Shown piece by piece: positions 26,159 through 36,404 of a stretch of DNA of 64,000 bases (the stretch's first letter is position 1; the number at the start of each line of letters is the position of its first letter). The notes under the pieces are model-generated. The model was given only the letters and a program-made list of their open reading frames with translations. It had not been told where the DNA came from and made no database searches. A program made the translations under genes and the position numbers. Origin of the DNA: Candidatus Desulfarcum epimagneticum. Its GTDB lineage: Bacteria; Desulfobacterota; Desulfobacteria; Desulfobacterales; CR-1. The stretch spans positions 113,179 through 177,178 of the forward strand of contig CAACVI010000001.1 of the NCBI GenBank assembly GCA_900659855.1. The letters run 5' to 3'.

Positions 26159-28906
26159 CTAATTTTTGAACGAACCCTTAGCCTTTTTTTCCAGTATGGC
26201 GGCGTGGGCCGCGGACAAACGCGCCACCGGCAGCCGGAAGGGCGAGCAGGACACATAGGTGAGCCCCATCTCATGGCACAGGAAGATGGAGCGGGGATCG
26301 CCGCCGTGCTCGCCGCATATGCCGCATTTCAGATCGGGTTTGACGCTCCGGGCTTTTTCCACCGCTGTTTTCATCAAGAGCCCCACGCCGTCGGGGTCGA
26401 TGGTGGCGAAGGGATTTTCCGTGAAAATTCCCTTTTCGATGTATTCGATGAGAAATCCGGACTCGGCGTCGTCCCGGGATATCCCGAAGGTGGTCTGGGT
26501 CAGATCGTTTGTGCCGAAGGACAGGAAGGAAGAGTATTCCGCGATCTGGTCCGCCGTGAGCGCGGCCCGGGGGATTTCGATCATGGTGCCGAATTTGTAA
26601 TCAATCTCCACCCCTTCCTTTTTCATGACCCGGTCGGCCTCTTTTTCCAGGGCCTCGCGCTGAACCTTGAGTTCGTTCACATGGCTAGTCAAAGGGATCA
26701 TGATCTCGGGATAGACCGTGACGCCTTCCCTGGACACGAGGCAGGCCGCCTCAAAGATCGCCCGGACCTGCATGGTGGTCAGCTCGGGAATATGAATGCC
26801 CAGGCGCACGCCCCGAAGCCCCAGCATGGGGTTGGACTCGCGCAGGCTTTCGGCGCGCTCCAGCATCCCCTCTTTTTTCTTCACCTGCTCGATGACCCCG
26901 TCGATCTCATGCAGGCTCCTGGCGTGCTGAAGACGGATTTTTAAATCCGTGAGTTCGCGCAGAAGCTCGGCGTGGTCCGGGAGAAATTCATGAAGAGGCG
27001 GATCCAGAAGCCGGATGACCACCGGGCATCCGTCCATGACCCTGAAAAGCCCGGCGAAATCCTCCCGCTGGAAGGGCAGAACCGCGTCCAGGGCCTCCCG
27101 GCGCTCCACCGGTATGTCGGTCATGATCATTTTCAGCACATGGGGCAGCCTTTCGGGCTCAAAAAACATGTGCTCGGAACGGCAAAGCCCGATGCCCTCG
27201 GCCCCGTAATCCCGCGCGCGTCTGGCGTCCACCGGGTAGTCGGCGTTGGCCCACACGCCCAGTTTCCGGAACTCGTCGGCCCAGGACAGAATCTCCAGGA
27301 GGCGTTTGTCGTTGATGTCCGGCGGCGTGGTTTTCATTTTTCCTAAAAAAATATGGCCGACTGAGCCGTCGATGGAGAGCCAGTCCCCTTCCTTGATCGT
27401 GGTGTCCCCCACCTCCATCTGGCGTTTTCTCATGTCGATCTCCAGCTCGGAGACCCCCACCACGGCGGGTTTGCCGAACTGGCGGGCCACCAGGGCGGCG
27501 TGGCTGGTCCGGCCGCCCCGGGTGGTGATGATGCCCTGGGAGGCCAGCATGCCGTGCACGTCGTCGGGTTTGGTCTCCGGGCGGATCATGATGACCTCTT
27601 TGCCCTCTTTGGACCATTCCTCGGCCAGGTCGGCCTCAAAGACCGCCACGCCCACGGCCGCGCCCGGCGACACGTTGAGCCCCCTGGCGATGAGAAGACC
27701 CTTTTCCCTGGCCTCGTCCGTGGCCTGAACGCTGAACTGGGGATGGAGGAAAAAATCCACCTGCTCGGGAGAGACCCTGAGAACAGCCTCCTCCTTTGAG
27801 ATCAGCCCCTCCGAGGCCATGTCCACCGCGATGCGGACGGCGGCCTGGGCCGTGCGTTTTCCGTCCCGGGTCTGGAGCATCCACAGTTTGCCCTTTTCAA
27901 TGGTGAACTCCATGTCCTGCATTTCCCGGTAATGTTTCTCAAGGTTTTGGGCGATGTCCTCAAACTCCTGGTACGCCTTGGGAAACTCCTGTTTCATCTC
28001 GACGATGTCCTTGGTCATACGGATGCCGGCCACCACGTCCTCGCCCTGGGCGTTGGTCAGGTAGTCCCCCTCGATCTGGGGCTCGCCGGTGGAGCCGTTC
28101 CGGGTCATGGCCACGCCGGTGGCGCTGTCGGCGCCCATGTTTCCGAACACCATGGTGACAATGCTCACGGCGGTTCCCAGGTCATGGTCGATTCCGGCGG
28201 CGTTCCGGTAGTCCACGGCGCGTTTGCCGTTCCAGCTTTTAAAAACCGCCTCTGTGGCCAGCCGCAGCTGCTCATAGGGCTCTTCGGGGAAAGAGGAGCC
28301 GGCGCGGCGTTTGAATATTTTTTTAAAACTTTCCGTGACCTCCTGCCAGTCCTCGGCCAGAAGGTCGGAGTCGCTCTCCACGCCTCTTCGCTTCCGGGCC
28401 TCGGTGATCACCTCTTCAAAATCGTCGTCGTCCATTCCCATGACCACGCTTCCGAACATCTGGATGAGCCGGCGGTAGGAATCGTACACAAAACGGGGAT
28501 CGCCGGTAAGATCAATCATGCCCTGGACCGTTTCTTCGTTGAGGCCGATGTTGAGCACTGTGTCCATCATGCCGGGCATGGAAAATTTGGCCCCGGACCG
28601 GCATGAGACCAGGAGGGGTTTTTTTTTGTCCCCGAAAGCCTTTCCCACGGCCTTTTCAATCTTTTTAAGGGCCTCTTGCTCCTGCTCCCACATGCCTTCG
28701 GGGAAAACCTCATCGTTGTCCAGATAGGCGTTGCACGCCTCGGTGGTGATGGTGAATCCCGGCGGGACGGGAACGCCGATCCTGGTCATCTCGCCCAGGT
28801 TGGCGCCCTTGCCCCCGAGAATGCCGCGCGCGGCGTCCCAGTCTCCGTTGACATATTTTTCCGCCTGATCAATCTGATCAAAGCCATACACCCATTGTTT
28901 GTCCAT
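26159..28906 (-). CDS. ppdK: pyruvate, phosphate dikinase
   Basis: 915-aa ORF with the canonical PpdK N-terminus (LGGKGANLGEMTRIGVPVPPGFTI), the phospho-His region (GGRTSHAALVARQFGKP) and the PEP-utilising C-terminus (FLSFGTNDLTQ). Confidence 0.95.
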   Translation of the reverse strand: MDKQWVYGFDQIDQAEKYVNGDWDAARGILGGKGANLGEMTRIGVPVPPGFTITTEACNAYLDNDEVFPEGMWEQEQEALKKIEKAVGKAFGDKKKPLLVSCRSGAKFSMPGMMDTVLNIGLNEETVQGMIDLTGDPRFVYDSYRRLIQMFGSVVMGMDDDDFEEVITEARKRRGVESDSDLLAEDWQEVTESFKKIFKRRAGSSFPEEPYEQLRLATEAVFKSWNGKRAVDYRNAAGIDHDLGTAVSIVTMVFGNMGADSATGVAMTRNGSTGEPQIEGDYLTNAQGEDVVAGIRMTKDIVEMKQEFPKAYQEFEDIAQNLEKHYREMQDMEFTIEKGKLWMLQTRDGKRTAQAAVRIAVDMASEGLISKEEAVLRVSPEQVDFFLHPQFSVQATDEAREKGLLIARGLNVSPGAAVGVAVFEADLAEEWSKEGKEVIMIRPETKPDDVHGMLASQGIITTRGGRTSHAALVARQFGKPAVVGVSELEIDMRKRQMEVGDTTIKEGDWLSIDGSVGHIFLGKMKTTPPDINDKRLLEILSWADEFRKLGVWANADYPVDARRARDYGAEGIGLCRSEHMFFEPERLPHVLKMIMTDIPVERREALDAVLPFQREDFAGLFRVMDGCPVVIRLLDPPLHEFLPDHAELLRELTDLKIRLQHARSLHEIDGVIEQVKKKEGMLERAESLRESNPMLGLRGVRLGIHIPELTTMQVRAIFEAACLVSREGVTVYPEIMIPLTSHVNELKVQREALEKEADRVMKKEGVEIDYKFGTMIEIPRAALTADQIAEYSSFLSFGTNDLTQTTFGISRDDAESGFLIEYIEKGIFTENPFATIDPDGVGLLMKTAVEKARSVKPDLKCGICGEHGGDPRSIFLCHEMGLTYVSCSPFRLPVARLSAAHAAILEKKAKGSFKN

Positions 28907-29097
28907 TTTTTATATACTCCTTGTCCGCCGGTCGTCATTCAAAAAAAATCGAATTTTTGTCATGAGCCGGCCGGGTCTGTTTCATGATTTTTTTAAGACC
29001 CGGCGTTTAAAATTATATTGACCATTCCCAAAAAACTCTTTATCATAACACAATATCAAAGCTTAATCAAGCGGTTTGCGCATTTTTTGGAGAGAAC

Positions 29098-30018
29098 ATG
29101 GAAGAAAATGTTTTTTTACGGCTGAAAACATGGTTTGACGGCCATATTTCCCCCTTTTATCGAAATGATCCAAAGTATGACGCCCCCTTGCGTTTAAAGG
29201 CGGCGCACACCCAAAGGGTCCGCGGGCTGACCCGGGTCATCGGCCGGGAGATGGGGCTGGATGAGCCTTCCCTGCGTCTGGCGGTTTCCATCGCGATGTT
29301 TCACGACATCGGACGGTTCGCCCAGTATGAGCGATACCGCACGTTCAACGATATAATTTCAAAAAACCACGCGGTCATGGGGCTGGGCCGCATGGCCCGG
29401 GGCCGGGCGCTGGCGGGGGTGGAGCGGAGGGAGAAAAAAATTATCTGCCGGTCGATTTTTTACCACAACGCCGCGCGTCTTCCGCGCATGGATGAGGTCT
29501 CTTTTTTTTTCGCCCGGCTCATCCGGGACGCGGACAAGCTGGACATCCTGGGCATTTTCGCGGATTATTATCCCAAAAGAGACCAAAATCCCGACTCCGT
29601 CATTGAGCTGGGGCTCCCGGACGGGCCGGGGATCAGCCGGGAGGCGGTTTCGGCGCTTCTGGAGGGCCGGTCGGCGCTCAAATCGCATGTCAAAACCCTC
29701 ACCGATTTCAAGCTTTTGCAGATCAGCTGGGTGTTTGACTTGAATTTTCCCCACTCCTTCGCGCTTCTGGAGCGTTTCGGTCACATCGAAAAAATCGCGG
29801 CCGGGCTCCCGGAAACCCGGGAGATCAAGGCTGCCATGACACATGTCCGGCGCCGCGTGAGGCGGCGGGCGGCGGAGCGGGCGCTTTTTTCAAACCCGGT
29901 CTCAAACCCGGGCGCCCACGCCCCCGGGCCGGGTCTTTTTTTTGAAAAGGGCCAGGAAAATAAAGCCGAACAGGCCGGCCAGCATGGTTCCGGCGGCCAG
30001 GGAAAAGGCGCCGCTTAA
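29098..30018 (+). CDS. HD-domain phosphohydrolase-like protein
   Basis: 306-aa ORF with an HD motif (MFHDIGRF) and a downstream RDADKLDI. Its 3' end overlaps the convergent MFS gene by about 116 nt, so the C-terminal extent is uncertain. Confidence 0.65.
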   Translation: MEENVFLRLKTWFDGHISPFYRNDPKYDAPLRLKAAHTQRVRGLTRVIGREMGLDEPSLRLAVSIAMFHDIGRFAQYERYRTFNDIISKNHAVMGLGRMARGRALAGVERREKKIICRSIFYHNAARLPRMDEVSFFFARLIRDADKLDILGIFADYYPKRDQNPDSVIELGLPDGPGISREAVSALLEGRSALKSHVKTLTDFKLLQISWVFDLNFPHSFALLERFGHIEKIAAGLPETREIKAAMTHVRRRVRRRAAERALFSNPVSNPGAHAPGPGLFFEKGQENKAEQAGQHGSGGQGKGAA

Positions 30019-31101
30019 GGCGAAGAGGTCCATCACGGCCCCGGCGGCGAAGGCCCCGGACATCATGCCCAGGCTGTGGGCCATGGTCATCAGCGCCATG
30101 ACGGACCCCGAGGCCCGGGTTTTTTTTCCGGCGATGGCGGCCATGGCCATCAGGGCGGGCATGGAGATGCCCCCGCCGGCGCCGAAAAGGATGTTGGCGA
30201 TCAGCATGTCCTGGAAATCGACGGAGTTTCCCAGGAGATAGAGGCCCAGGGAGGTCAAAAGACCCCCGGCCGCGATCATGGTCCTTTTGCTGAGCCGGTC
30301 CGCGAGGTACCCCATGGGGGTATGCAGCGCCCCGTTGACCAGAACCCCCAGCATGATCAGGGTCCCGATGGCGGAGCTGGACAAAGACAGCCGGGCGTCG
30401 GCGAACACCGGCAGAAATCCCCAGATCACCCCGATGCACACGGTGTAGGAGAAGCGAAACACAAAAGCGCCCGCGATGGTCCCGTCGGAAAGCAGCTCCC
30501 TCCACGCCACGGCCTCGCTGTTTTTGGGGGAATACGTTTCCAGCCGGGCCGGGGGCAGAAGGAAAAAGCTCAGCAGAAAACCCGCGAAAGACAAACCCGA
30601 CATGCATAAAAAGGCCGCGTCCATTCCCAGGCGGTCGTGGATGAGCCCCCCGGCCAGGGGCCCGGCGGTGAGCCCGAAGAACATGGACATATGAAAGACG
30701 CCCATGATTTTTCCCTCCTGGCCCCGGGGGCTGATATCGGCGACATAGGCCTGGATGGCCGGGATCATGACGGCCGAGGCCAGGCCCTGGATAAACCGCA
30801 TGGCGGAAAGCGCGTTTAACCCTTCAACAAAAACAAACGACAGGGAAACCAGGCCATAGGCCAGAAGGCCGGCCGTGATAAAGGGCTTTCGCCCTTTTTG
30901 ATCGGAAAGGCGTCCGAAATAGGGAAGGGCCAGGGTCCGGGAGACGGAAAAGGCCCCGAAGACCATGGCGATGTAAAATCCGCCGGCGCCCAGATCCCTG
31001 GCGTAAACGGGCAGCAGGGGAACCACGATTCCGGCCCCGGTCACCGCCGTGAATATGGAGAAAAAAAGGCAAAGAAAGATCGCTTTTTTAGAATAAACCA
31101 T
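29902..31101 (-). CDS. MFS transporter
   Basis: 399-aa ORF with about 12 hydrophobic spans and an MFS-type loop motif (GRLSDQKGRKP). Confidence 0.8.
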   Translation of the reverse strand: MVYSKKAIFLCLFFSIFTAVTGAGIVVPLLPVYARDLGAGGFYIAMVFGAFSVSRTLALPYFGRLSDQKGRKPFITAGLLAYGLVSLSFVFVEGLNALSAMRFIQGLASAVMIPAIQAYVADISPRGQEGKIMGVFHMSMFFGLTAGPLAGGLIHDRLGMDAAFLCMSGLSFAGFLLSFFLLPPARLETYSPKNSEAVAWRELLSDGTIAGAFVFRFSYTVCIGVIWGFLPVFADARLSLSSSAIGTLIMLGVLVNGALHTPMGYLADRLSKRTMIAAGGLLTSLGLYLLGNSVDFQDMLIANILFGAGGGISMPALMAMAAIAGKKTRASGSVMALMTMAHSLGMMSGAFAAGAVMDLFALSGAFSLAAGTMLAGLFGFIFLALFKKKTRPGGVGARV

Positions 31102-31104
31102 GAT

Positions 31105-32313
31105 TTAGTTTAAAACCGACGCCATCCTGAAAACCGGCAGATACAAAGAGACGATAAGCCCGCCCACCGTGATTCCCAGAAATACCATCATAACAGGTTC
31201 GATAAAAGAGGCGACGCGCTCCGCGGCCATGTCCGCCTCGTCGTGATAAAATTCCGCGATTTTTTCAAAAACGGCGTCCAGCTCTCCTGTGGACTCCCCG
31301 ACCCGGATCATCCGGCTGACCATGTCCGGAAAGAGGGGACTGTCGCCCAGGGCCCCGGCCAGGGACCGGCCTTCGGCCACTTCGGCCCGGGCCGTCTCAC
31401 AGGCGGCCTGGATCGCCCGGTTCCCGATGGTTCCGGCCACAGCGCCCATGGCCTCCAGGATGGCCACCCCGCTTTTGAGCATGGCGCCCATGGCGCCGGA
31501 AAAGTGGGCCATGGCCGTTTTTTCCGACAAAGGGCCGAAAACCGGGATTTTGAGCTTCATTTCGTCCGCGAAGAGCCGTCCCTTCGGAGTCCGGAAAAAC
31601 CGGCGCAGCCCCAGCCCCAGGACAAGACCGCCCCCCAGGATATGCCACAGGCCGCTTTTTACATAATCGCTCAGGGCCAGGACCACTTGAGTGGCCAGGG
31701 GGATCTGCCCGCCCATGTCCTCGAACATCTTTCTGAACATCGGGATGACAAAAACAAGGATGATCCCGGACGCCGCCAGGGAAACCAGGAGGGTGGCCAG
31801 GGGGTAAATCATGGCGGCCCCGACCTTCTTGCGCAGCTTTTCCCTCTTTTCCAGATGCCGCGCCAGTTTCATGAGCATCTCCCCGAGGACCCCTCCCCGC
31901 TCTCCGGCCGCCGCCATGTTGGAAAACATGGAGTCAAAACAGGCGGGATGCCCGGCCAGGGCGCCGGCCAGGGTTTCTCCCCTTTCCACCTGGTCCCGGA
32001 CGCTTTCCAGAACATATCTGAATTCCCGGTTTTTTTCCTTTTGGCAAAGAAGATCAAAACATTTGACGATGGGCATTCCGGCGTCCGCCATGGCGGAGAG
32101 CTGCCGGGCGAAGACAATGATGGAGGACTTGGGAGGCGCCGGGGCCGAAAAGGACATTTTTTTCCAAAAGCCCGACGGCTTCTTTTTGATCCGGGCGGGC
32201 GAGATCCCCATCCGGGCCAGCCTCATGCGGACGGCCTGGGCGCCGGGGGCCTCCATTTCCCCTTTTTTAAACTCCCGGCCCGCGTTTTCGCCTTCCCATT
32301 GAAAGGTTGCCAT
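31105..32313 (-). CDS. pilC: type II secretion system F-family / type IV pilus platform protein (PilC-like)
   Basis: Start taken at MATFQWEG (track ORF starts at 32382). It has duplicated GspF domains and the characteristic C-terminus (GLIVSLYLPVF). Confidence 0.75.
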   Translation of the reverse strand: MATFQWEGENAGREFKKGEMEAPGAQAVRMRLARMGISPARIKKKPSGFWKKMSFSAPAPPKSSIIVFARQLSAMADAGMPIVKCFDLLCQKEKNREFRYVLESVRDQVERGETLAGALAGHPACFDSMFSNMAAAGERGGVLGEMLMKLARHLEKREKLRKKVGAAMIYPLATLLVSLAASGIILVFVIPMFRKMFEDMGGQIPLATQVVLALSDYVKSGLWHILGGGLVLGLGLRRFFRTPKGRLFADEMKLKIPVFGPLSEKTAMAHFSGAMGAMLKSGVAILEAMGAVAGTIGNRAIQAACETARAEVAEGRSLAGALGDSPLFPDMVSRMIRVGESTGELDAVFEKIAEFYHDEADMAAERVASFIEPVMMVFLGITVGGLIVSLYLPVFRMASVLN

Positions 32314-32384
32314 GACATCCGTTTGTGTTTCAATTAAAAAAATTAATAATTTTACCAGTCTTTGAGACAAATCGCAAGCCAAAA

Positions 32385-32494
32385 TGAACCCAAAACTTCA
32401 GTTTGAGAAAATTAAGCGCTAAGTTGTTATTTATGGTCTCTTATGGTTTCTTTGGGTTTCTTAAATATTAAACATTGACAAATAAGAACCCAAA
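32385..32494. promoter_or_regulatory. divergent intergenic region with three copies of an AACCCAAA motif and a TTGACA box
   Basis: GAACCCAAAA occurs at 32385-32394 and 32485-32494, exactly 100 bp apart. An inverted copy CTTTGGGTTTC lies at 32449-32459, a tandem TATGGTYTCT x2 at 32431-32450, and TTGACA at 32474-32479. Confidence 0.35.
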
Positions 32495-32505
32495 AGATAA
32501 AGGAC

Positions 32506-33558
32506 ATGGGAACGTTTGAAGGCCTGGATCAACAGAAACCCGGGGCAGGCCCGGGACATTTTCGGGAATGGGGCCACAGCGGGGAGTCGATTTTGAAAAA
32601 ACTGCTTTCCACCAAAGAAGTCGCCAGGTTTTTGCATGTCAATGAAAAAATGGTCTATGCCCTGGTGGCGGAAAAGGGCCTGCCGGCCACCAAGGTCACC
32701 GGCAAATGGCTGTTCCCCGGGGATATGGTGGAGCGCTGGATTGAGCTGCGCACCCAAAACTATCCCGAGCCCTCCAGGCGGCTCCCCCCCTACGAGGGTA
32801 TTTTGATCATCGCCGGGAGCAATGATCCCCTCCTGGACCAGACCCTGTCCCTTTACAATTCCATCCATCCGGATCATGTGGCGGTCTTCGGCAACATGGG
32901 AAGCATGGGAGGCATCCAGGCGCTGCGGCGAAACCTGTGCCACATGGCCTCCAGCCACCTGCTCCAGGAAAATGAGGCGGAATACAATTTCGGCTTCGCC
33001 TCAAGCGAGCTGGAGCGTATGCCCGCCGTCATGAATTTTTGCCGGCGGCGCCAGGGGCTCATCGTGGCCGCCGGAAACCCGAAAAACATCATGGGGATAA
33101 AGGACCTGACCCGGCCGGGCGTGGCCCTGGTGAACCGGCTTCCCGGGACCGGGACCCGGCTCCTTCTGGATCACGAACTGAAAAAGCGCGGCCTTGACGG
33201 CCGGCGGATCAAAGGATACGACCACGCCGTGAGCGCCCATCTGGAAGCCGGCATCGCGGTTTTGTCCGGGGACGCCGACGCCTGCATGGGAATCGAGGCC
33301 ATCGCCGGAATGATGGGCCTTGACTTTATTCCCGTCCGGTGGGAGCGCTATGACCTGATGATTTCGAGGGACCGTTTTTTCGACGAGGGGGTTCAGCGCT
33401 TTGTCGGTCTTCTCCATGAGCCGGAGTTCAAAGACATGGCCGCCTCGCTTAAGGGATACGACATCTCCCTGGGCGGAAAAATGGTCTTCGATCAGTCGGG
33501 GAGCGATCCGGTGTCCGCCGCCGCGCCCCATCCTAACATCGCAAAGGAGAAAATATGA
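32506..33558 (+). CDS. HTH (excisionase/MerR-like) plus periplasmic-binding-protein-like domain regulator; TunR-like candidate tungstate-responsive regulator
   Basis: HTH segment LSTKEVARFLHVNEKMVYALVAEKGLPATKVTGKWLF followed by a PBP-like domain. It lies directly upstream of tupABC and overlaps tupA by 4 nt. An alternative TTG start at 32593 has a GGGGAG RBS. Confidence 0.6.
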   Translation: MGTFEGLDQQKPGAGPGHFREWGHSGESILKKLLSTKEVARFLHVNEKMVYALVAEKGLPATKVTGKWLFPGDMVERWIELRTQNYPEPSRRLPPYEGILIIAGSNDPLLDQTLSLYNSIHPDHVAVFGNMGSMGGIQALRRNLCHMASSHLLQENEAEYNFGFASSELERMPAVMNFCRRRQGLIVAAGNPKNIMGIKDLTRPGVALVNRLPGTGTRLLLDHELKKRGLDGRRIKGYDHAVSAHLEAGIAVLSGDADACMGIEAIAGMMGLDFIPVRWERYDLMISRDRFFDEGVQRFVGLLHEPEFKDMAASLKGYDISLGGKMVFDQSGSDPVSAAAPHPNIAKEKI

Positions 33559-34445
33559 GACGAATCGCTTTTGGGACGCTTTGGATCTTCATGGCGGCCG
33601 CGCTTCCGGGCGCCGCCTTCGCGAACGACACACTGAAGATGTCCACCACCACCAGCGCCCAGGCCTCCGGGCTTTTGGACCAGCTTCTGCCGGTCTTTGA
33701 GAAAGAGACCGGGATCAAAGTCAAGGTCATCGCAAAGGGCACCGGCGCCGCCATTCGGGACGGCATGGACGGAAATGTGGACGTGATTTTTGTCCATGAC
33801 CGCGCGAGGGAAGACCGTTTCGTCCGGGAGGGCCACGGCGTGAAACGATACGCCGTCATGCATAACGATTTTGTCATCCTGGGGCCCGGGAAAGACCCCG
33901 CCGGTGTGTCGGGCATGAAAGACGCGGCCGCGGCGCTGAAAAAAATCGCGGCGGCCCAAAGCCGGTTTGTCTCCAGGGGAGACGACAGCGGCACCCACGG
34001 CAAGGAGCGGCGCCTGTGGAAAAAAACCGGGCTGGCCCTTGAAAAGATCGAGAGCGTGATTGTCAAGAAAGGCAAAAAAAAGAAAATTTCCTTTGTCCGG
34101 CCCGCCGCGTCTGAAAAGTGGTATGTGTCCATCGGTCAGGGCATGGGCGCCGCGCTCACATTCGCCGATGAAAAAAGGGCGTATGTTCTTTCAGACCGGG
34201 GCGCTTACATCAAATACAGGCACGGGCGAAAAATTCCCATCGACCTTGAGGTTCTGTGCGAGGGGGACGCGGCGCTGGACAATCCCTACGGCGTCATACC
34301 GGTGAGCCCCAAACGGCATCCCCACGTCAACGCCCGGGCCGCCCGGATTTTCGCGGAATGGCTGGTGTCCAGAAAGGGGCAGGCCATCATCCGGGACTAC
34401 ACCCTTCTGGGCAAAACCCTGTTTTACCCGGACGCCATCCGGTAA
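33555..34445 (+). CDS. tupA: tungstate ABC transporter substrate-binding protein
   Basis: 296-aa ORF with a signal peptide and the TupA-type TTTS motif (LKMSTTTSAQASGLL). Confidence 0.75.
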   Translation: MRRIAFGTLWIFMAAALPGAAFANDTLKMSTTTSAQASGLLDQLLPVFEKETGIKVKVIAKGTGAAIRDGMDGNVDVIFVHDRAREDRFVREGHGVKRYAVMHNDFVILGPGKDPAGVSGMKDAAAALKKIAAAQSRFVSRGDDSGTHGKERRLWKKTGLALEKIESVIVKKGKKKKISFVRPAASEKWYVSIGQGMGAALTFADEKRAYVLSDRGAYIKYRHGRKIPIDLEVLCEGDAALDNPYGVIPVSPKRHPHVNARAARIFAEWLVSRKGQAIIRDYTLLGKTLFYPDAIR

Positions 34446-34475
34446 ACGCCCCGGGGGGGCGGGGAGCAGACCCCG

Positions 34476-35171
34476 ATGAACATTCTGACAGACAGCCTGG
34501 CATCCGCCGTGTTAATGGTCTTTTCTTTTGAAAAGGAGCTGGCGGACATCGTCCTGGTTTCCGTGACGGTCAGCGGCGCGTCCACGCTCATCGCCTCCCT
34601 GGCGGGAATTCCGGCGGGTTTTTTCATCGCCTTTGAGTCATTTAAGGGAAAGCGGATCATCATCACGATTTTAAACACCCTGCTGGCCCTGCCCACGGTG
34701 GTCATCGGCCTGGTGGTGTACGCCATGATATCCCGGCGGGGCCCGATGGGGTCCCTGGGGCTTTTGTACACCAAAAAGGCCATGGTCATGGGCCAGGTGA
34801 TTTTGATTTTCCCCCTTGTGACCACCTTTGTCATGGCGGCGGTGAGCCGCATCGACAAGCGGTACCGGAAAACCGCCATGACCCTGGGGGCCGGCCGGGC
34901 CCGGACCGCGCTGGCGGTTTTAAAAGAGGCGCGTTTCGGAATTGTGGCGGCCGTGGTGGCGGCCTACGGCCGGGTGATCTCCGAGGTGGGGGTCAGCATG
35001 ATGCTGGGGGGAAACGCCCGGGGATTCACCCGCACCATGACCACGGCCATGGCCCTTGAGTACAACAAGGGCTCTTTTTCCCTGGCGGTGGCCCTGGGGA
35101 TCGTTCTTTTGTCCATCAGCTTCGGAATCAACCTGCTGTTTCATTTTTTCCAGGGAAGGGCCGAGTCATGA
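34476..35171 (+). CDS. tupB: tungstate ABC transporter permease
   Basis: 231-aa polytopic ORF between tupA and the ATPase gene, with a binding-protein-dependent permease signature region. Confidence 0.7.
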   Translation: MNILTDSLASAVLMVFSFEKELADIVLVSVTVSGASTLIASLAGIPAGFFIAFESFKGKRIIITILNTLLALPTVVIGLVVYAMISRRGPMGSLGLLYTKKAMVMGQVILIFPLVTTFVMAAVSRIDKRYRKTAMTLGAGRARTALAVLKEARFGIVAAVVAAYGRVISEVGVSMMLGGNARGFTRTMTTAMALEYNKGSFSLAVALGIVLLSISFGINLLFHFFQGRAES

Positions 35172-35830
35172 GCGCCTACGTTGTCTCAAATCTCGCGCGG
35201 GTCCGGGGGGGACGAAACATTCTGGACATCGCCTCCCTTGAGATCGACCGGGGAAAAATGTACGCGGTCAAGGGCCCCAACGGCGCCGGAAAGACCTCGC
35301 TTCTGGAAATTCTGGCCTTTCTGGACGCCCCGGACTCGGGCCGGATGGTCTATGAGGGCGTCCGGGTGAATTTTTCCTCCCGGCCTCTGCTGGGGCGTTT
35401 GAGAAAAGAGGCGTCTTTGGTGGAGCAAAGCCCCATCATGTTCACCTGTTCGGTTTTCAAAAACGTGGAGTTCGGGCTCAAAGCCCGGAAAGTGGAGAAA
35501 AGCGCCCGGCGGCGGGCCGCCGCGCGCGCGCTTGAAATGGTGGGAATGGAAAGGCTCGCCCACGCCCCGGCCCATCGTCTTTCCGGCGGCGAAACCCAGC
35601 GGGTGGCGCTGGCCCGGGCCATGGCCGTCATGCCCCGGGTCCTGATATGCGACGAGCCCACCTCCAGTGTGGACGCGAAAAACAAGGCGGCCATCATGGA
35701 CATCCTCCGGCGGGCCAACGAAAAAGACGGCGTCACCGTCATTTTCGCCACCCACGACCATGACCGGTCCCTGGCGGCGGCCCATCACACCCTGACCCTG
35801 GAGTACGGAAAAATCACGAATCTCCGCTGA
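35168..35830 (+). CDS. tupC: tungstate ABC transporter ATP-binding protein
   Basis: Walker A (GPNGAGKTS), ABC signature (LSGGETQR) and Walker B (LICDEP). Overlaps tupB by 4 nt. Confidence 0.8.
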   Translation: MSAYVVSNLARVRGGRNILDIASLEIDRGKMYAVKGPNGAGKTSLLEILAFLDAPDSGRMVYEGVRVNFSSRPLLGRLRKEASLVEQSPIMFTCSVFKNVEFGLKARKVEKSARRRAAARALEMVGMERLAHAPAHRLSGGETQRVALARAMAVMPRVLICDEPTSSVDAKNKAAIMDILRRANEKDGVTVIFATHDHDRSLAAAHHTLTLEYGKITNLR

Positions 35831-36239
35831 TCCCGTCCACGGCCTGTTTGATCTCGTTTAATTTTTTCTCATGGCGGCCCTTTTTCAGCGCATGCTCCCA
35901 CACGCGGATCACCCGCCAGTTTTTTTCCGCCAGCTTCCGGCTCACCAGGCGGTCCCGCTCCACATTGCGCTGAATTTTGGACATCCAGTAGTCCTGGTTG
36001 TTTGAGGGAAGGCGGCAGTGGTCCCGGCATCCGTGCCAGAAGCATCCGTCCACAAACACCGCCAGCCGGGCCTTTGGAAAGACGAAATCCGGCTTTCCCA
36101 AAAGAGGATAGCCCCTTCTCCAGCCCTTGATTCCCAATTCCTTAAACAGGGATATGAGTCTTTGCTCGGTGGATTTGTTCCCCGATCCTTTGACTTTCGC
36201 CATGATTCGGGACCGCTCTTTGGGGGTCACGGTGTCCAT
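35814..36239 (-). CDS. vsr: very-short-patch repair endonuclease
   Basis: Start taken at MDTVTPKERS. Vsr signatures present (SRIMAKVKGSGNKSTE, FVDGCFWHGC). Confidence 0.8.
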   Translation of the reverse strand: MDTVTPKERSRIMAKVKGSGNKSTEQRLISLFKELGIKGWRRGYPLLGKPDFVFPKARLAVFVDGCFWHGCRDHCRLPSNNQDYWMSKIQRNVERDRLVSRKLAEKNWRVIRVWEHALKKGRHEKKLNEIKQAVDGISGDS

Positions 36240-36404
36240 ATGCCTCGGCCTTTCGGGATTTTCGTCCGGGTTATCCCTCCCCCTACCACATCGCGGCCAT
36301 CGGTTCAAACCCAATCGGCGCGGCTTGGGATTTTTAGGTTGATATTTTTTGCCCGCAACACTTATAATGGCCCCAAAAAAACATCAAAAAAGAAAGCGCC
36401 CAAA

